A stretch of 64,000 nt of DNA from Candidatus Woesebacteria bacterium (GTDB taxonomy: Bacteria > Patescibacteriota > Microgenomatia > UBA8517), in assembly GCA_013426185.1 (NCBI GenBank), contig CP058602.1, positions 206,873-270,872 of the forward strand, given 5' to 3'. Numbering within the stretch: position 1 is the first letter of the stretch; every line of letters starts with the position of its first letter. The notes beneath the pieces were generated by a model. The model did no database searches. It was not told where the DNA came from and saw only the letters and a program-made list of their open reading frames with translations. The position numbers and the translations under genes were made by a program. Below, piece by piece: positions 10,809 to 21,070 of the stretch.

Positions 10809-10883
10809 GCAGCGGTAGTTCAGTGGTAGAATGTCTCCTTCCCAAGGAGAAGGTCGCCGGTTCAAATCCGGTCCGCTGCTCCA
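10809..10883 (+). tRNA. tRNA-Gly(CCC)
   Basis: GCAGCGGTAGTTCAGTGGTAGAA...TCTCCTT CCC AAGGAGA...GGTTCAAATCCGGTCCGCTGCTCCA. Confidence 0.95.
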
Positions 10884-10886
10884 AGT

Positions 10887-11069
10887 TTACTTTTCTTTCA
10901 ACTCTTTCTTCAAAAGCTTTAAAGTTTCTTTTTTAGTCTCCTCAAGGCTCATACCCCAAACTTTGGCCATATGGCGAAAGTCGTCTTCAGTCAAAGAGCC
11001 GCCGCCTTTTGAAACTTTGCCTTTACCCATATCATCCTCAGGCAAACCGCAGCCACAGTTATAACACAT
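10887..11069 (-). CDS. Small Cys-rich protein (MCYNCGCG...), 60 aa
   Basis: Strong SD AAGGAGGTGA before ATG 11069; CxxCxC N-terminus. Confidence 0.75.
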   Translation of the reverse strand: MCYNCGCGLPEDDMGKGKVSKGGGSLTEDDFRHMAKVWGMSLEETKKETLKLLKKELKEK

Positions 11070-11107
11070 AGAAATCACCTCCTTTACAATAATATATAAT
11101 AAGAAAG

Positions 11108-11827
11108 ATGAAAATTAAATTGTTAAAAAAGAAAAAGGAGGGTAAAGATATAAAATCCTTCATTTTTGAAAAACCTAAAGGTTTCAATTTTAAACCTGGT
11201 CAGTTTATCTATCTCACTCTACCCAAGCTTTTTTTTGACGATCAAAGAGGAAATACAAGGCACTTTACCATTGCTTCATCTCCAACAGAAGAACACCTAA
11301 TGATAACCACAAGAATAAGAAAAGAATCAGGTTATAAAAGAACACTTGATAAAATGCAAAAAGGAGATTTGATTAATTATCGCGGCCCCTTTGGAGATTT
11401 TATCCTTGGAAAAGAAAAAAAAGAAACACAAGTTTTTGTAGCAGGAGGAATTGGCATAACCCCCTTTAGAAGTATTATCAAATATCAGATTGACAAAGGC
11501 TATAAGACTCCGATGCATTTGATCTATTCTTGTTCAACCACCGAGGAGATTGCTTTTCGAAAAGAACTTGAATGTTGGGAAAAAGAAGGAAAAATAAAAC
11601 TTGATATCACCATTACTCACCCTGAAGAGTCAAAAGAAAAATGGAAAAAGTTAACAGGAAGGTTAGACCATAAAATTCTTAAAAAGCTAACCAAAAATTA
11701 TGATCTTAAAAAGACCAGTTTTTGGCTTTGCGGTCCTCCCCCTTTTGTCTCTGCAATAGAGATTGAAGTTGAAAAATTAGGAATTAAAGAAAGAAACATC
11801 ATTACAGAAAAGTTCTCAGGATACTAG
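11108..11827 (+). CDS. FNR-like FAD/NAD(P)-binding oxidoreductase
   Basis: FKPGQF, RHFTIASSP, GPFG, AGGIGITPF, LCGPP, terminal EKF. Confidence 0.92.
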   Translation: MKIKLLKKKKEGKDIKSFIFEKPKGFNFKPGQFIYLTLPKLFFDDQRGNTRHFTIASSPTEEHLMITTRIRKESGYKRTLDKMQKGDLINYRGPFGDFILGKEKKETQVFVAGGIGITPFRSIIKYQIDKGYKTPMHLIYSCSTTEEIAFRKELECWEKEGKIKLDITITHPEESKEKWKKLTGRLDHKILKKLTKNYDLKKTSFWLCGPPPFVSAIEIEVEKLGIKERNIITEKFSGY

Positions 11828-11828
11828 G

Positions 11829-13247
11829 ATGATCAAAATTCCTCTTAAATTTATCCTCATTTTAAGTCTTATTCCTATCTTTTTTATCGCTTCGATTGAT
11901 AGCGACCTTGGCTGGCATCTAAGATACGGAGGTTACTTTCTTGAAAACGGCAAATTTCTCAAAGAAAATATACTCACATATTTTCTTTCAGGCTACTATT
12001 GGCCTAACTCATATTCTCTTTACCAAGCTATAACCACAATCCTTTACAAAATTGGCAATCTACAGCTTTTAACTCTTAGCTACCTTCTGGTTATGCTTTT
12101 TTCTTTCTATCTACTTAATCTAACCTACCCCAAAACCACAAAAACAAACTATCTTCTTTTTTTACTTGGGGCAATTGCCTCCTGGCAGGTTTTCAGATTA
12201 GGCCCAAGAGCTCAAATTTATAGCTTTTTATTCTTTGTACTTACCAACTTCTACCTTAGCAAGATGATCGAAAAAGAGAATAAAAAATATTTTTTGATAT
12301 TACCCCTTCTTTTTCTTGTTTGGGTCAATTTCCACGGAGGATTCGTAGTTGGGTTTGCTCTTTTTCTTTATTACATTATAAAAAGCATCACTGATAAAAA
12401 ATGGGGTACAGCAACTTCAATTAGTCTTGTTTTTCTTGCTTCGCTTTTTGCCACCTTGATAAATCCATACAGTATAAAAATATATGCTGAAATAATACGC
12501 CATATCACCACACCATTAAGGCTCCTAATTGCCGAGTGGACCCCTTCGCCATTTTATATCAAATTAACTATTCTGACGTCCTCTATCTACTCGATACTTG
12601 TTTTACTCTTATCCAAAGCAAGAAATAAAATACCAAATTCAATATTTTTGCTGGTATTTATGTTTTCTGCGATAGAAGCAAAAAGAAACGTCCCTTTCTG
12701 ATCTTTATTTTTAACAATTACGATCCTTGACAGTTTGCAAGATAAAATAAAGGCAATTGAAAAAAATAGCATTATGACAAAGTTTGTTTATATCACTTCG
12801 CTTGCCGTTTTTATCTTTCCTATTTTTACCTCGCTACCCAAAAATGTCTCAATAATTTACGATCAAGATAGTTTCTGCCGTCAGGGGCTTTTGCCTTACC
12901 CTTGCAAAGCAGTTGAATTCATCAAGAAAGAAAAAATAGATGGCAAAAATGTCTTTTCTTCCTATGAATGGGGAGGATTTCTTGAATGGCAGCTGCCAGA
13001 ATATAAGTTCTTTGTTGATGGTAGAATGCCTGCATGGGAAACTAAAAACAAAGAAAGGCCATACACCACTTATCTAAAAATAATTCAAGCGCAAGAAGGC
13101 TGGGATAAAAAACTTGAAGAACACAAGACCGATTGGCTTCTTCTGCCGGCAAACACTTTTCTTGATTTGTATCTTCAAGAACAAAACTCAAATTGGAAAG
13201 AAATTTATCGGGATAAAATATCGGCAATTTATATCAAAAAAGAATAG
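11829..13247 (+). pseudogene. Multi-pass membrane protein (GT-C-like), split by one in-frame TGA at 12699-12701
   Basis: ORFs 11829..12701 and 12735..13247 share a frame with no other stop between them (RNVPF*SLFLTITILDSLQDK); motifs DLGWHLRYG, WVNFHGG, YEWGG, FVDGR. Confidence 0.75.
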
Positions 13248-13278
13248 ATGTATAATATTAATACCTTGGAAAATGATA

Positions 13279-13353
13279 GCCAGCGTAGCTCAACGGTAGA
13301 GCAATCCCTTCGTAAGGGAGAGGTTGGAAGTTCAAATCTTCCCGTTGGCTCCA
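13279..13353 (+). tRNA. tRNA-Thr(CGT)
   Basis: GCCAGCGTAGCTCAACGGTAGAGCA...TCCCTT CGT AAGGGA...GTTCAAATCTTCCCGTTGGCTCCA. Confidence 0.95.
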
Positions 13354-13400
13354 GTCAAGACAGAAAGGCGGAGGATAATCCAACAACTAATACAACAAAT

Positions 13401-14117
13401 ATGAACAATGTTTATTCGAGAAGAGCTATAGTTCAGGAACGAAAAAACATAAGAAAGGCGGCTCTTTATATCCTCTTAACTATTTTAGCCATAATTATCT
13501 TTATTTTCTTTGGAATTCCCCTTATTGCCAAAACAGCCTCATTTATCGGAGAATTAAGAAAAAGCAACGGGCCGATTGAAAAAACAGACACCACGCCTCC
13601 TGCTTCGCCAACAATTCAATCCCCTCCTGAATACACCAATCAACCTAAAATAGAAATAAAAGGATCAACAGAACCTGGAATTAGCATCATAGTTAATGCT
13701 AATTCAAAAAAGGAAGAAATAATTTCAACCAAAGAAGGCCTCTTTACTTACACTTTTGAACTTAACGAAGGTGAGAACAAAATCTCTTTTATTGCCAAAG
13801 ACAATGCAGGTAACGAAAGTCAGGAATCGAAAGTCTATACTATAATTTATGACAATAAACCGCCAAAAATAACTATAGACTCACCAAAAGATGGAGAATC
13901 TTTCTATGGCTCCAAACAAAGGCAAATTGTAATTCAGGGTAAAGTAGAAGATGCAGACACCTTAAAAATAAACGATCGAATTGTAATTATTGAAAACGAT
14001 GGCAGTTTTACCTACGCAGTTACTCTTCAGGAGGGCGATAACAATTTTGAAATCGTAGCAAGCGACAAAGCAGGCAATACCACAACCGAAAGGCTCACCG
14101 TCCAGTTTTGGCGTTAG
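13401..14117 (+). CDS. Membrane-anchored protein with two bacterial Ig-like domains
   Basis: TM helix followed by two repeats (L.EG.N......A.D.AGN); start moved downstream of the tRNA. Confidence 0.8.
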   Translation: MNNVYSRRAIVQERKNIRKAALYILLTILAIIIFIFFGIPLIAKTASFIGELRKSNGPIEKTDTTPPASPTIQSPPEYTNQPKIEIKGSTEPGISIIVNANSKKEEIISTKEGLFTYTFELNEGENKISFIAKDNAGNESQESKVYTIIYDNKPPKITIDSPKDGESFYGSKQRQIVIQGKVEDADTLKINDRIVIIENDGSFTYAVTLQEGDNNFEIVASDKAGNTTTERLTVQFWR

Positions 14118-15294
14118 AAGAAAACTCCAAAGCAAAAATAACTGCCAAGAAAGCCAAGATCCAAGGATAAAAAAGACTGTTATCAAACTGGCTGTGGACT
14201 AAAAGAGAGATAAAAGAGGCTCTGGTGGCAAAACCCAATTGGGAATAGCCTATCTTCTTAAAAATCTCAAATCCTAAATAAAAGATAATCATAAAACCAA
14301 CAATACCTAAAGTAGAAAGAATCAGTAAAAAAGAGGAGCTTGAGCCGCTGCAGCTATGAGTCAAGATATTATCAACGCCAAGAAAATTTCTTCGAGCAAG
14401 ACAAAGATTATCAAATCCAACACCAAAAAGCGGCGAATAAGAAAAAATCTTCAAAGTTTCTTTATAATCATTGACTCTATCTGAAACACTGTAAAGCCTT
14501 TTTAAATTAACCCCCTCCCCTGCAGGCTTGGGCACAAAAGACAAAATTAAGATAAACAATATCAAAAAAATACCAATTTTCAACCATTTTTCTTTGAATA
14601 AAAAGGAGAGATAAAAAACAGAAACCAATAAAGAAAAATAACTTGCTCTTGAAAAAGTCAGGGAAACGCCAAGCAAAAAAAGAAAAGCTAAAAATATAAA
14701 TCTTTTATGGCTAGTAGACTTATACTTCACCCAAGACAAGATAAAACCAAAAACAAAAATAATACCAGTAAAACCAGGGTCTAAAAAGGCGCCTGTCATT
14801 CGAAAAAGATGATCATCCCACCCCAAAAATTTAAGAGAGGTCAAATCAGGATAAAGAAAATATTGAACAAGACCAAACAAAAGAGAAAAAAATAAGACTG
14901 AAAGGAGGCTACCAAACAAAACTGCAATCATCTTCTTGTTTTCCCTCAAAAAATCAAATAATAAAAGGCAAAAACCCAAATAAAAGACAACTCTCGCAAA
15001 ATATAAAAAGCCAATCAAAACTTCTCTAGTCTTAAATAAAAAGGCAGAATATATGAAAGAAAAAATAAAAGGTAAAAATAAAGTCCAAAGATTTCGATTT
15101 AAAAAGTAACCTTTTATCTTGCCCGAGAAAATAAGCAAGATGAAACCAATAAAGGCCAGGAAATCAAGAAGAATAAAGGAAACCCTAAAACCAAACAAGT
15201 TAAAATCAAAGGCCAAAAGACGCCCAAAGGGAAAGGCAACAAGAAAAGAGAAAACTAAAAACTCAACTATTTTTTGCTTTTTTGTAAGAGCCAT
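14095..15294 (-). CDS. O-antigen ligase/polymerase (Wzy_C)-like membrane protein
   Basis: Many TMs; LTFSRAS, PLFGVG, LVHSQFDN motifs. Confidence 0.8.
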   Translation of the reverse strand: MALTKKQKIVEFLVFSFLVAFPFGRLLAFDFNLFGFRVSFILLDFLAFIGFILLIFSGKIKGYFLNRNLWTLFLPFIFSFIYSAFLFKTREVLIGFLYFARVVFYLGFCLLLFDFLRENKKMIAVLFGSLLSVLFFSLLFGLVQYFLYPDLTSLKFLGWDDHLFRMTGAFLDPGFTGIIFVFGFILSWVKYKSTSHKRFIFLAFLFLLGVSLTFSRASYFSLLVSVFYLSFLFKEKWLKIGIFLILFILILSFVPKPAGEGVNLKRLYSVSDRVNDYKETLKIFSYSPLFGVGFDNLCLARRNFLGVDNILTHSCSGSSSSFLLILSTLGIVGFMIIFYLGFEIFKKIGYSQLGFATRASFISLLVHSQFDNSLFYPWILAFLAVIFALEFSSNAKTGR

Positions 15295-16019
15295 AATTTA
15301 CTCCAAGACAAAAACGAATGAAAACTCATCAAAAGAGAAAAAACCAAGCCATAATTGCCATCTAAAAATCCTAACTTGAAGATAAAATTATCTAGAAATT
15401 TAGATGGCGGACAAAAAATTATCTTAAACAAATTTGATTTTTTCCCTTCCTCTAAGTTGGAGACAGCATGAAGATCAGAGTAAAAATTAATCTTATCAAT
15501 AAAATCTTTAAGACTGAAAGAAGTGTAATGATCAAGATAGTTATTCAGAGTCCCAACCTTTCCTTCTACTTCCCAAAACTCATGAACCTTGCGTTTCCAA
15601 ATTCCAGAATTTTTCCTTGCCAAGCGTAAAACTTTATCATCTTTTGCCTGCCCGTATTTTATTTCCCTTCCCAAAAAAAATGTTCTTCTTTTCAAAAAAT
15701 AACCTGAGATTTTGTTCAAAGGATCGTTGATTTTGCTTACAATTTCAAGTTTAAGAGATTCGGAAACTATTTCATCTGAATCAACAAACAAAACCCAATT
15801 TCCATTTGCCTTTTCAAGACCAAAATTGCGCTGAGAAGAAAAATCCCCAGCCAGTTTTCTTTGAAAGACTAAAGCCCCGAGACTTCTTGCAACCTCAACT
15901 GTCTTGTCTTCCGAAAAATCGTCTACTAAGATAATCTCATCACAGAAAGCCAAGCTCTCAAGACACAGCTTGATATTTTTTTCCTCATTCTTTGACAAAA
16001 CGACAGCTGAAAGCATCAT
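15267..16019 (-). CDS. GT2 glycosyltransferase (WaaE/KdtX-like)
   Basis: KNEEKNI, DDFSED, QRNFGL, DSDE, VHE, LGFLDG. Confidence 0.9.
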   Translation of the reverse strand: MMLSAVVLSKNEEKNIKLCLESLAFCDEIILVDDFSEDKTVEVARSLGALVFQRKLAGDFSSQRNFGLEKANGNWVLFVDSDEIVSESLKLEIVSKINDPLNKISGYFLKRRTFFLGREIKYGQAKDDKVLRLARKNSGIWKRKVHEFWEVEGKVGTLNNYLDHYTSFSLKDFIDKINFYSDLHAVSNLEEGKKSNLFKIIFCPPSKFLDNFIFKLGFLDGNYGLVFSLLMSFHSFLSWSKLWLLQKSKK

Positions 16020-16061
16020 TTAATAATTTTAAGACTTTATCACACTCCAAACAACCAAAAA

Positions 16062-16943
16062 CTAAAAAATCCTCCTAAGCAAAAGGAATACTATCAAAAT
16101 CAAAAGCAAAAATAAGAAATGCCATTTGGAAAATCTGGCAAAAACTTCAACCAAAAGTGCGGGAGCTAGACCAAAATGCTTTTTAAAATAATAGAATCTG
16201 CTTTTCTTAAAAATTTTCTTTATATAGGGAGGGTCTTTTTTGCCACCAGACCAAAAATGAACAACTTCTGACTCAGGAATAATATATAACTTATAACCCA
16301 GCTTCTTAATTCTTATCCCCAAATCGCTTTCCTCAAAAAAAAGAAAAATATTTTCATCAAAACCGCCAATCCTTTCAAAAACATCCTTTCTAATCAAAAA
16401 GGCAGAACCAGGGACAACATCCACCTCTCTTTTTTGATTAAGAGGCAAATCTTTAAGCCAATAATCCCTTGATATTTTGTTATGAGGAAAAACTTTGTTC
16501 AGAAAAGAAAGAGCAACTATACCCCTAAGTGGAGTAAGTTCTCTTGACCCCAGCTGAGTAAAAATTTTACCCTTTTTATCAATCAAATTCGGAGCTACCA
16601 CTGTCACATCCTTATTTTTAACCAAAAAATCAACTAAAGTGTCTATAGAACCAGGTTTGATTAAAGTATCAGGATTTAAGATCATTAAAAAATCACCATT
16701 TGCAAGGGAGGCACCTAAGTTATTACCAGCTCCATAACCAATATTTCCCGGAGATTTTACATACTTTATCCGATTAAACTGCTTTTTTACCTCTTTTTCT
16801 ATCCTCTTTACCTCATTATTATCAACTACTATCACCTCAAAAGAAACTTTAGGCCTGTTTTCTTTAATTGATTTAAGACAACTAAAAAGTGCCTCTTTAT
16901 CTTTATAATAAACAATAATTATTGAGACTTTTACTTTTGACAT
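16062..16943 (-). CDS. GT2 glycosyltransferase
   Basis: VVDN, GYGAGNN, LNPD, GGFDE..FLFFEESD. Confidence 0.9.
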   Translation of the reverse strand: MSKVKVSIIIVYYKDKEALFSCLKSIKENRPKVSFEVIVVDNNEVKRIEKEVKKQFNRIKYVKSPGNIGYGAGNNLGASLANGDFLMILNPDTLIKPGSIDTLVDFLVKNKDVTVVAPNLIDKKGKIFTQLGSRELTPLRGIVALSFLNKVFPHNKISRDYWLKDLPLNQKREVDVVPGSAFLIRKDVFERIGGFDENIFLFFEESDLGIRIKKLGYKLYIIPESEVVHFWSGGKKDPPYIKKIFKKSRFYYFKKHFGLAPALLVEVFARFSKWHFLFLLLILIVFLLLRRIF

Positions 16944-17689
16944 ATTGCTATAAAAAATTCAGCATTTTTAATATCTGAGGTAATAGGAAAATCGGAAGTT
17001 TTAAGCGATTCCTGAGTCGCGCGGCCAAAGAAAGCTCCCAATAATTTCCAAATCTTTTCTTTCAAAGGTTTTGGCAGCAGTTTTCTAATACCAAAACTAT
17101 CACCCTGCACCATTTTTTCTCTCGCTTTTTGTGACTTAAGAAAATCGTCGAAGGCACTCTTTGCCTTTTCGCTTTTTGACTGGCCCATTATTTCCACTCT
17201 CTTAAAATACTTCTTCAATAAAGAAGACAATTCATCATAACTATATTCCCTGATATGATAAGGGCTTCTTAATTTGCGGCCAACTCTTTTGGGCGTAGAC
17301 ATTATAAACTTGCCTTCTTTTTTTAGAACCCTCTTTACTTCAGAGAGCATTTTCCTATCATCTTCAATGTGTTCTAAAACTTCAAAAGAACAGACTGCGT
17401 CAAATTCATCATCTCCAAATGGCAAAAAGACAGCGTCGGCAAAAATAAAACTTGCACTACCTGAATAATGTTTCTTGGCATAAGATATTGCCTCTTTATC
17501 AGAGTCAACAGCAAAAACTTCAAAACTTTTTGAAAGCAAGTTGCTGCCATAACCTGTACCGCAGCCAAGGTCCAAAACTTTAATTCCTTTCTTAAGATTC
17601 GCTCGAGCGAATTCATAGCGCGCAAGTGACTCCTGAAACTGAAAATTAGCAGTAACACCCGGTATCACTCTTTCATTAAAATCCATCAT
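16931..17689 (-). CDS. Class I SAM-dependent methyltransferase
   Basis: VLDLGCGTGYG, FEVLEH, RVLK. Confidence 0.9.
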   Translation of the reverse strand: MMDFNERVIPGVTANFQFQESLARYEFARANLKKGIKVLDLGCGTGYGSNLLSKSFEVFAVDSDKEAISYAKKHYSGSASFIFADAVFLPFGDDEFDAVCSFEVLEHIEDDRKMLSEVKRVLKKEGKFIMSTPKRVGRKLRSPYHIREYSYDELSSLLKKYFKRVEIMGQSKSEKAKSAFDDFLKSQKAREKMVQGDSFGIRKLLPKPLKEKIWKLLGAFFGRATQESLKTSDFPITSDIKNAEFFIAICQK

Positions 17690-17693
17690 AAAA

Positions 17694-18917
17694 TCATTTT
17701 TCTTTAAAGACTTTAGCCAAATAATAAAAGACCAAAGGAAGAGAAACTAAAGTGCCAAAAAGAGCCGAAAAACCAGCTCCCACTATACCAAATTTAATTA
17801 CTAGAGGAACAATAGTTAAACCAAGGCCCAAAATGCCAACTAAAGTAACTATTGTAGAATACTCTTGTTTATCAACGCCCAGGTAAAGAGAATGAGCAGA
17901 ACTTGCAATAGACCTTACTATACCAAAAATAGATAGGACCTTAATTACAGGAACGGCAGAAAGCCATTTTTCCCCCAAAACTATTCTTACCAAAGGATCT
18001 GTAAAGAAAAATAAAATCAAGCCAAAAGGAACAACCAAAGCAGAAATTGTCAAGGTAACTTTATAAAAAGCCTTCTTTAACCTTTCTTTATCGTCTTTAA
18101 TCAAATTATAAACAGGAAAGGTCACCTTGTTAAAAACCTGACCGACCTCGTAAACAGGAAGAGAGGAAATTTTATAAGCAACTTGATAAATTCCCAAAGA
18201 TTGAGTTCCCATTATTCTCCCTACCACCCAATCATCACCCTGCTCAAAAAGATAGTTAAAGACACCAGCAAAAGTTAACCATTTGCCTCGCGAGATGATA
18301 TACCTAATTTTTTCCTTCTCAAACTTAAATCTTGGAGTAGGTTTCAAAAAATAGAAGGAAAGAAAAACCTCAAGAAGGGCACTACCGATAAGGCCAATAG
18401 CTAGACTCAAAACAGACTTTGTTAAGAAAGCAAAAAGAATAGCAAGCGTTGCATCAAAAGAAAAAACAGAAAACCTTAAAAGAAACTCTTTTTTAAAATC
18501 AAGTTCCTTTTGAAAACTAACTATCATTGGGTTGATAAACCCTCTTAAAAAAGGCACTAAACTCAAAAAGAGAATTACATTTAAAGAAGCAGGACTGCCA
18601 AAGAAAAGAGAAACAGGATAACTAACAAGAATCATAAGAAAAGAAATTAACATACCGCGAAAGATAGAAACAACCCAAGCGGTATCAAGATAATGGACCA
18701 ACTTTTTACGCGATTGGATTAAGACAATATTTACTCCTGTTTCTGTTATTACCTCAAGAAAAGCAAGTATCAAAGAACCAACACCGTAAATACCAAACTG
18801 GTCAGGAGTTAGAAGCCTTGCCAAAATGGCTATCCTTAAAAAAGCTATCGCACGCGTCGAAGCCCTGAGAAGACCCATCCAAGAAACTCCCTTCGCCGCA
18901 TTTTTAAAGTATCCCAC
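17694..18917 (-). CDS. wzx: Wzx-type polysaccharide flippase
   Basis: ILARLLTPDQFG, LGIYQVAY, 12+ TMs; GTG start at 18917 inferred 6 nt after TACAAT. Confidence 0.85.
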   Translation of the reverse strand: MGYFKNAAKGVSWMGLLRASTRAIAFLRIAILARLLTPDQFGIYGVGSLILAFLEVITETGVNIVLIQSRKKLVHYLDTAWVVSIFRGMLISFLMILVSYPVSLFFGSPASLNVILFLSLVPFLRGFINPMIVSFQKELDFKKEFLLRFSVFSFDATLAILFAFLTKSVLSLAIGLIGSALLEVFLSFYFLKPTPRFKFEKEKIRYIISRGKWLTFAGVFNYLFEQGDDWVVGRIMGTQSLGIYQVAYKISSLPVYEVGQVFNKVTFPVYNLIKDDKERLKKAFYKVTLTISALVVPFGLILFFFTDPLVRIVLGEKWLSAVPVIKVLSIFGIVRSIASSAHSLYLGVDKQEYSTIVTLVGILGLGLTIVPLVIKFGIVGAGFSALFGTLVSLPLVFYYLAKVFKEK

Positions 18918-18956
18918 AGACAGATTGTAACCTAAAAATGGCAAATATTAAAGAAA

Positions 18957-19910
18957 TTATCTTTCAAAAATTCCTTTCAGAAGACCAAGAATTACAGCAA
19001 AATCAGAAACAATCTGAACCAAAGGCAAATAAAGACGCTCTTTTTTCGTTTTTAAAACATCTCTCCACTTGTAAATCGGCCACAAAAGATAAAGCAAAAA
19101 CAAAAAAGGAACCCAAAAATAGAATCGTGTAAATCTTAAAAACTGAACCGATAAAAACAAAAATAAAATATAACGAGCAAAGACTAAAATTATTTTAATA
19201 TTGTGCGACATTAGGCCTTTGGATGGATGCCAGAAAATTTTGGATTTAATATCTCCACAGGCATAGCTTGAAACCTTGCCAAAGAATTCTTTAAGACTGA
19301 GCTTCCCCGGTTCTCCCCACACTACCCTAGCCTCTTTTGCCCTTGCAATTTTCACGCCAGATTTCACAGCTTTATAAAAAAACAAAGAATCCTCACCTGT
19401 TTTCTTTAAGCTTTCATCAAAACCCCTTAGCTTTTCCCAAACTTCTTTTCTAAAAGCGACACTTCTTGTTGAAGGCAAAAAAGAGATGGGGTCAAATCTT
19501 TCCTCAGGAACTCCAAGATAACAAGATATTACCTTTCCGAAAGGAGTTGGGGCTGGCATTTCATAAAAACCAGCAACTATTCCTATTTCTTTATGCCTCA
19601 AAAAATAGACAAGATTTTCAAGCCAATCACGATAAGGCTCGCAACCGGCATCAGTCAAGGCAACTATCTCATTTTTGGCCAGACTTATGGATAAATTTCT
19701 GCCCTGAGCAATGGTTGATTTCTCAACAACAAGCCTAATGCTCTTATCTTTCTTTTGAAAATGCCTGATTATTTCAGCTGTTTTATCAGTTGATCCTCCA
19801 TCAACAATAACTATCTCATCAGGCTTTTTAGTCTGCTCCAAAAGCCCCTCCAATACCCTCCCAATCGTCTTCTCCTCATTCAAAACCGTCAAACAAACAG
19901 AAACTTTCAT
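18957..19910 (-). CDS. GT2 glycosyltransferase
   Basis: LNEE, VDGGSTD, GRN, TDAG, GED. Confidence 0.9.
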   Translation of the reverse strand: MKVSVCLTVLNEEKTIGRVLEGLLEQTKKPDEIVIVDGGSTDKTAEIIRHFQKKDKSIRLVVEKSTIAQGRNLSISLAKNEIVALTDAGCEPYRDWLENLVYFLRHKEIGIVAGFYEMPAPTPFGKVISCYLGVPEERFDPISFLPSTRSVAFRKEVWEKLRGFDESLKKTGEDSLFFYKAVKSGVKIARAKEARVVWGEPGKLSLKEFFGKVSSYACGDIKSKIFWHPSKGLMSHNIKIILVFARYILFLFLSVQFLRFTRFYFWVPFLFLLYLLWPIYKWRDVLKTKKERLYLPLVQIVSDFAVILGLLKGIFER

Positions 19911-19958
19911 ATCAAAAATCAAAACAATTAAAACATAAAATCTGTCAAAAATTTTCGA

Positions 19959-20987
19959 TCAAGTTTTCCACAGCGTTAAATAAGTATCAGCCAATTTATC
20001 CCACGTTTGTTTCTTGACCCACTTGTAGCCTGGTTCTATTTTCTTTTCAGCCTCATTTGGATTAAGAGTATAAAATTCTACATACCTTGCCAATTCGCTA
20101 GAACTATTACATACCACAATCGACTTATAAAAAGGCGTCATCTTAAGATAATCTTCTTTCAAAGGATCGTCAAACATAGCAAAGACCAACTTCTTGCAAG
20201 CTAGAGCTTCTAAAATAGAGAGATAACCTGAGACAAAAGCAAATCTTGATTTTTGGATAAAATGAAAAGGGTCCTCCACAGCACCTTTATAAACTAAATT
20301 TTTACTCTCCTTTATTTTACTTTTATACTTTCCGTCACCCAAAACCAGAAGTTTAAATCTAAGATTTTTCTTAAGCAAAATCTTAAAAGTATCTAGATAC
20401 TTCAAAAAACAACTTTGATCATCAAGTCGGCCTAAATAAACTGCGTCATAAATCATTTCCTCATTTGTAAATGGATAAAACTTTTTAAAATCTACTCCTC
20501 CATAAGTTACAAAACTCGGTCTGGTACCAAACCATTTTTCAATAAAAGATCCCACACAAATATTACCCCTAGTTAACTTCTCAGCCATCTTTTGATAAAA
20601 AATCGCTTTTCTGCTTAATGGAAAAGAAGGATAACCATGAAAGGTAATATACACAGGCTTGTTAGGAAATAAAAACCTAAACGGCAAGTACCAGATAAAC
20701 ACATCGTGTATATGAACAATTTCAGCTCTCTTAATTTCATCTAGATAATGAGAAAATAACTTAAACCAAATTAAAAGAAGCCCCACAAACTTAATCTTGG
20801 GATAATCAAATCTCAAAACCCTTACTTTACCCAGAAATTCATCATCTGAAAGATTTTCATTGTACTTTTCTGTGATTACAGTTACAAAAGCTCCCTTGTT
20901 GCACAAAACACTAGCTACACTAGATACGTGTCTCTCCACCCCCCCTATATGCGGATTGAAATACTTTGCAAACATCAAAACCCTCAT
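19959..20987 (-). CDS. GT4 glycosyltransferase
   Basis: GGVERH, TFHG, YLGRL, LEALAC. Confidence 0.85.
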   Translation of the reverse strand: MRVLMFAKYFNPHIGGVERHVSSVASVLCNKGAFVTVITEKYNENLSDDEFLGKVRVLRFDYPKIKFVGLLLIWFKLFSHYLDEIKRAEIVHIHDVFIWYLPFRFLFPNKPVYITFHGYPSFPLSRKAIFYQKMAEKLTRGNICVGSFIEKWFGTRPSFVTYGGVDFKKFYPFTNEEMIYDAVYLGRLDDQSCFLKYLDTFKILLKKNLRFKLLVLGDGKYKSKIKESKNLVYKGAVEDPFHFIQKSRFAFVSGYLSILEALACKKLVFAMFDDPLKEDYLKMTPFYKSIVVCNSSSELARYVEFYTLNPNEAEKKIEPGYKWVKKQTWDKLADTYLTLWKT

Positions 20988-21070
20988 TGGCTTTAAAAAA
21001 CTAAAAAGATCATATTGACAACAAAATTAGAATCATGATTAACTGTAATAAATACAAGAGATTTCAATTT

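Noticed and set aside
10659-11064. ORFs 10659..10865 (-) and 10831..11064 (+)
   Set aside because: Shadow frames over tRNA-Gly and the neighbouring genes
12699-12752. Selenocysteine insertion (TGA plus SECIS)
   Set aside because: The context is a hydrophobic helix rather than a redox Cys site, the downstream stem is weak and AT-rich, and no sel genes occur in the window
13248-13400. N-terminal extension of ORF 13248..14117
   Set aside because: Overlaps tRNA-Thr(CGT); the likely start is 13401
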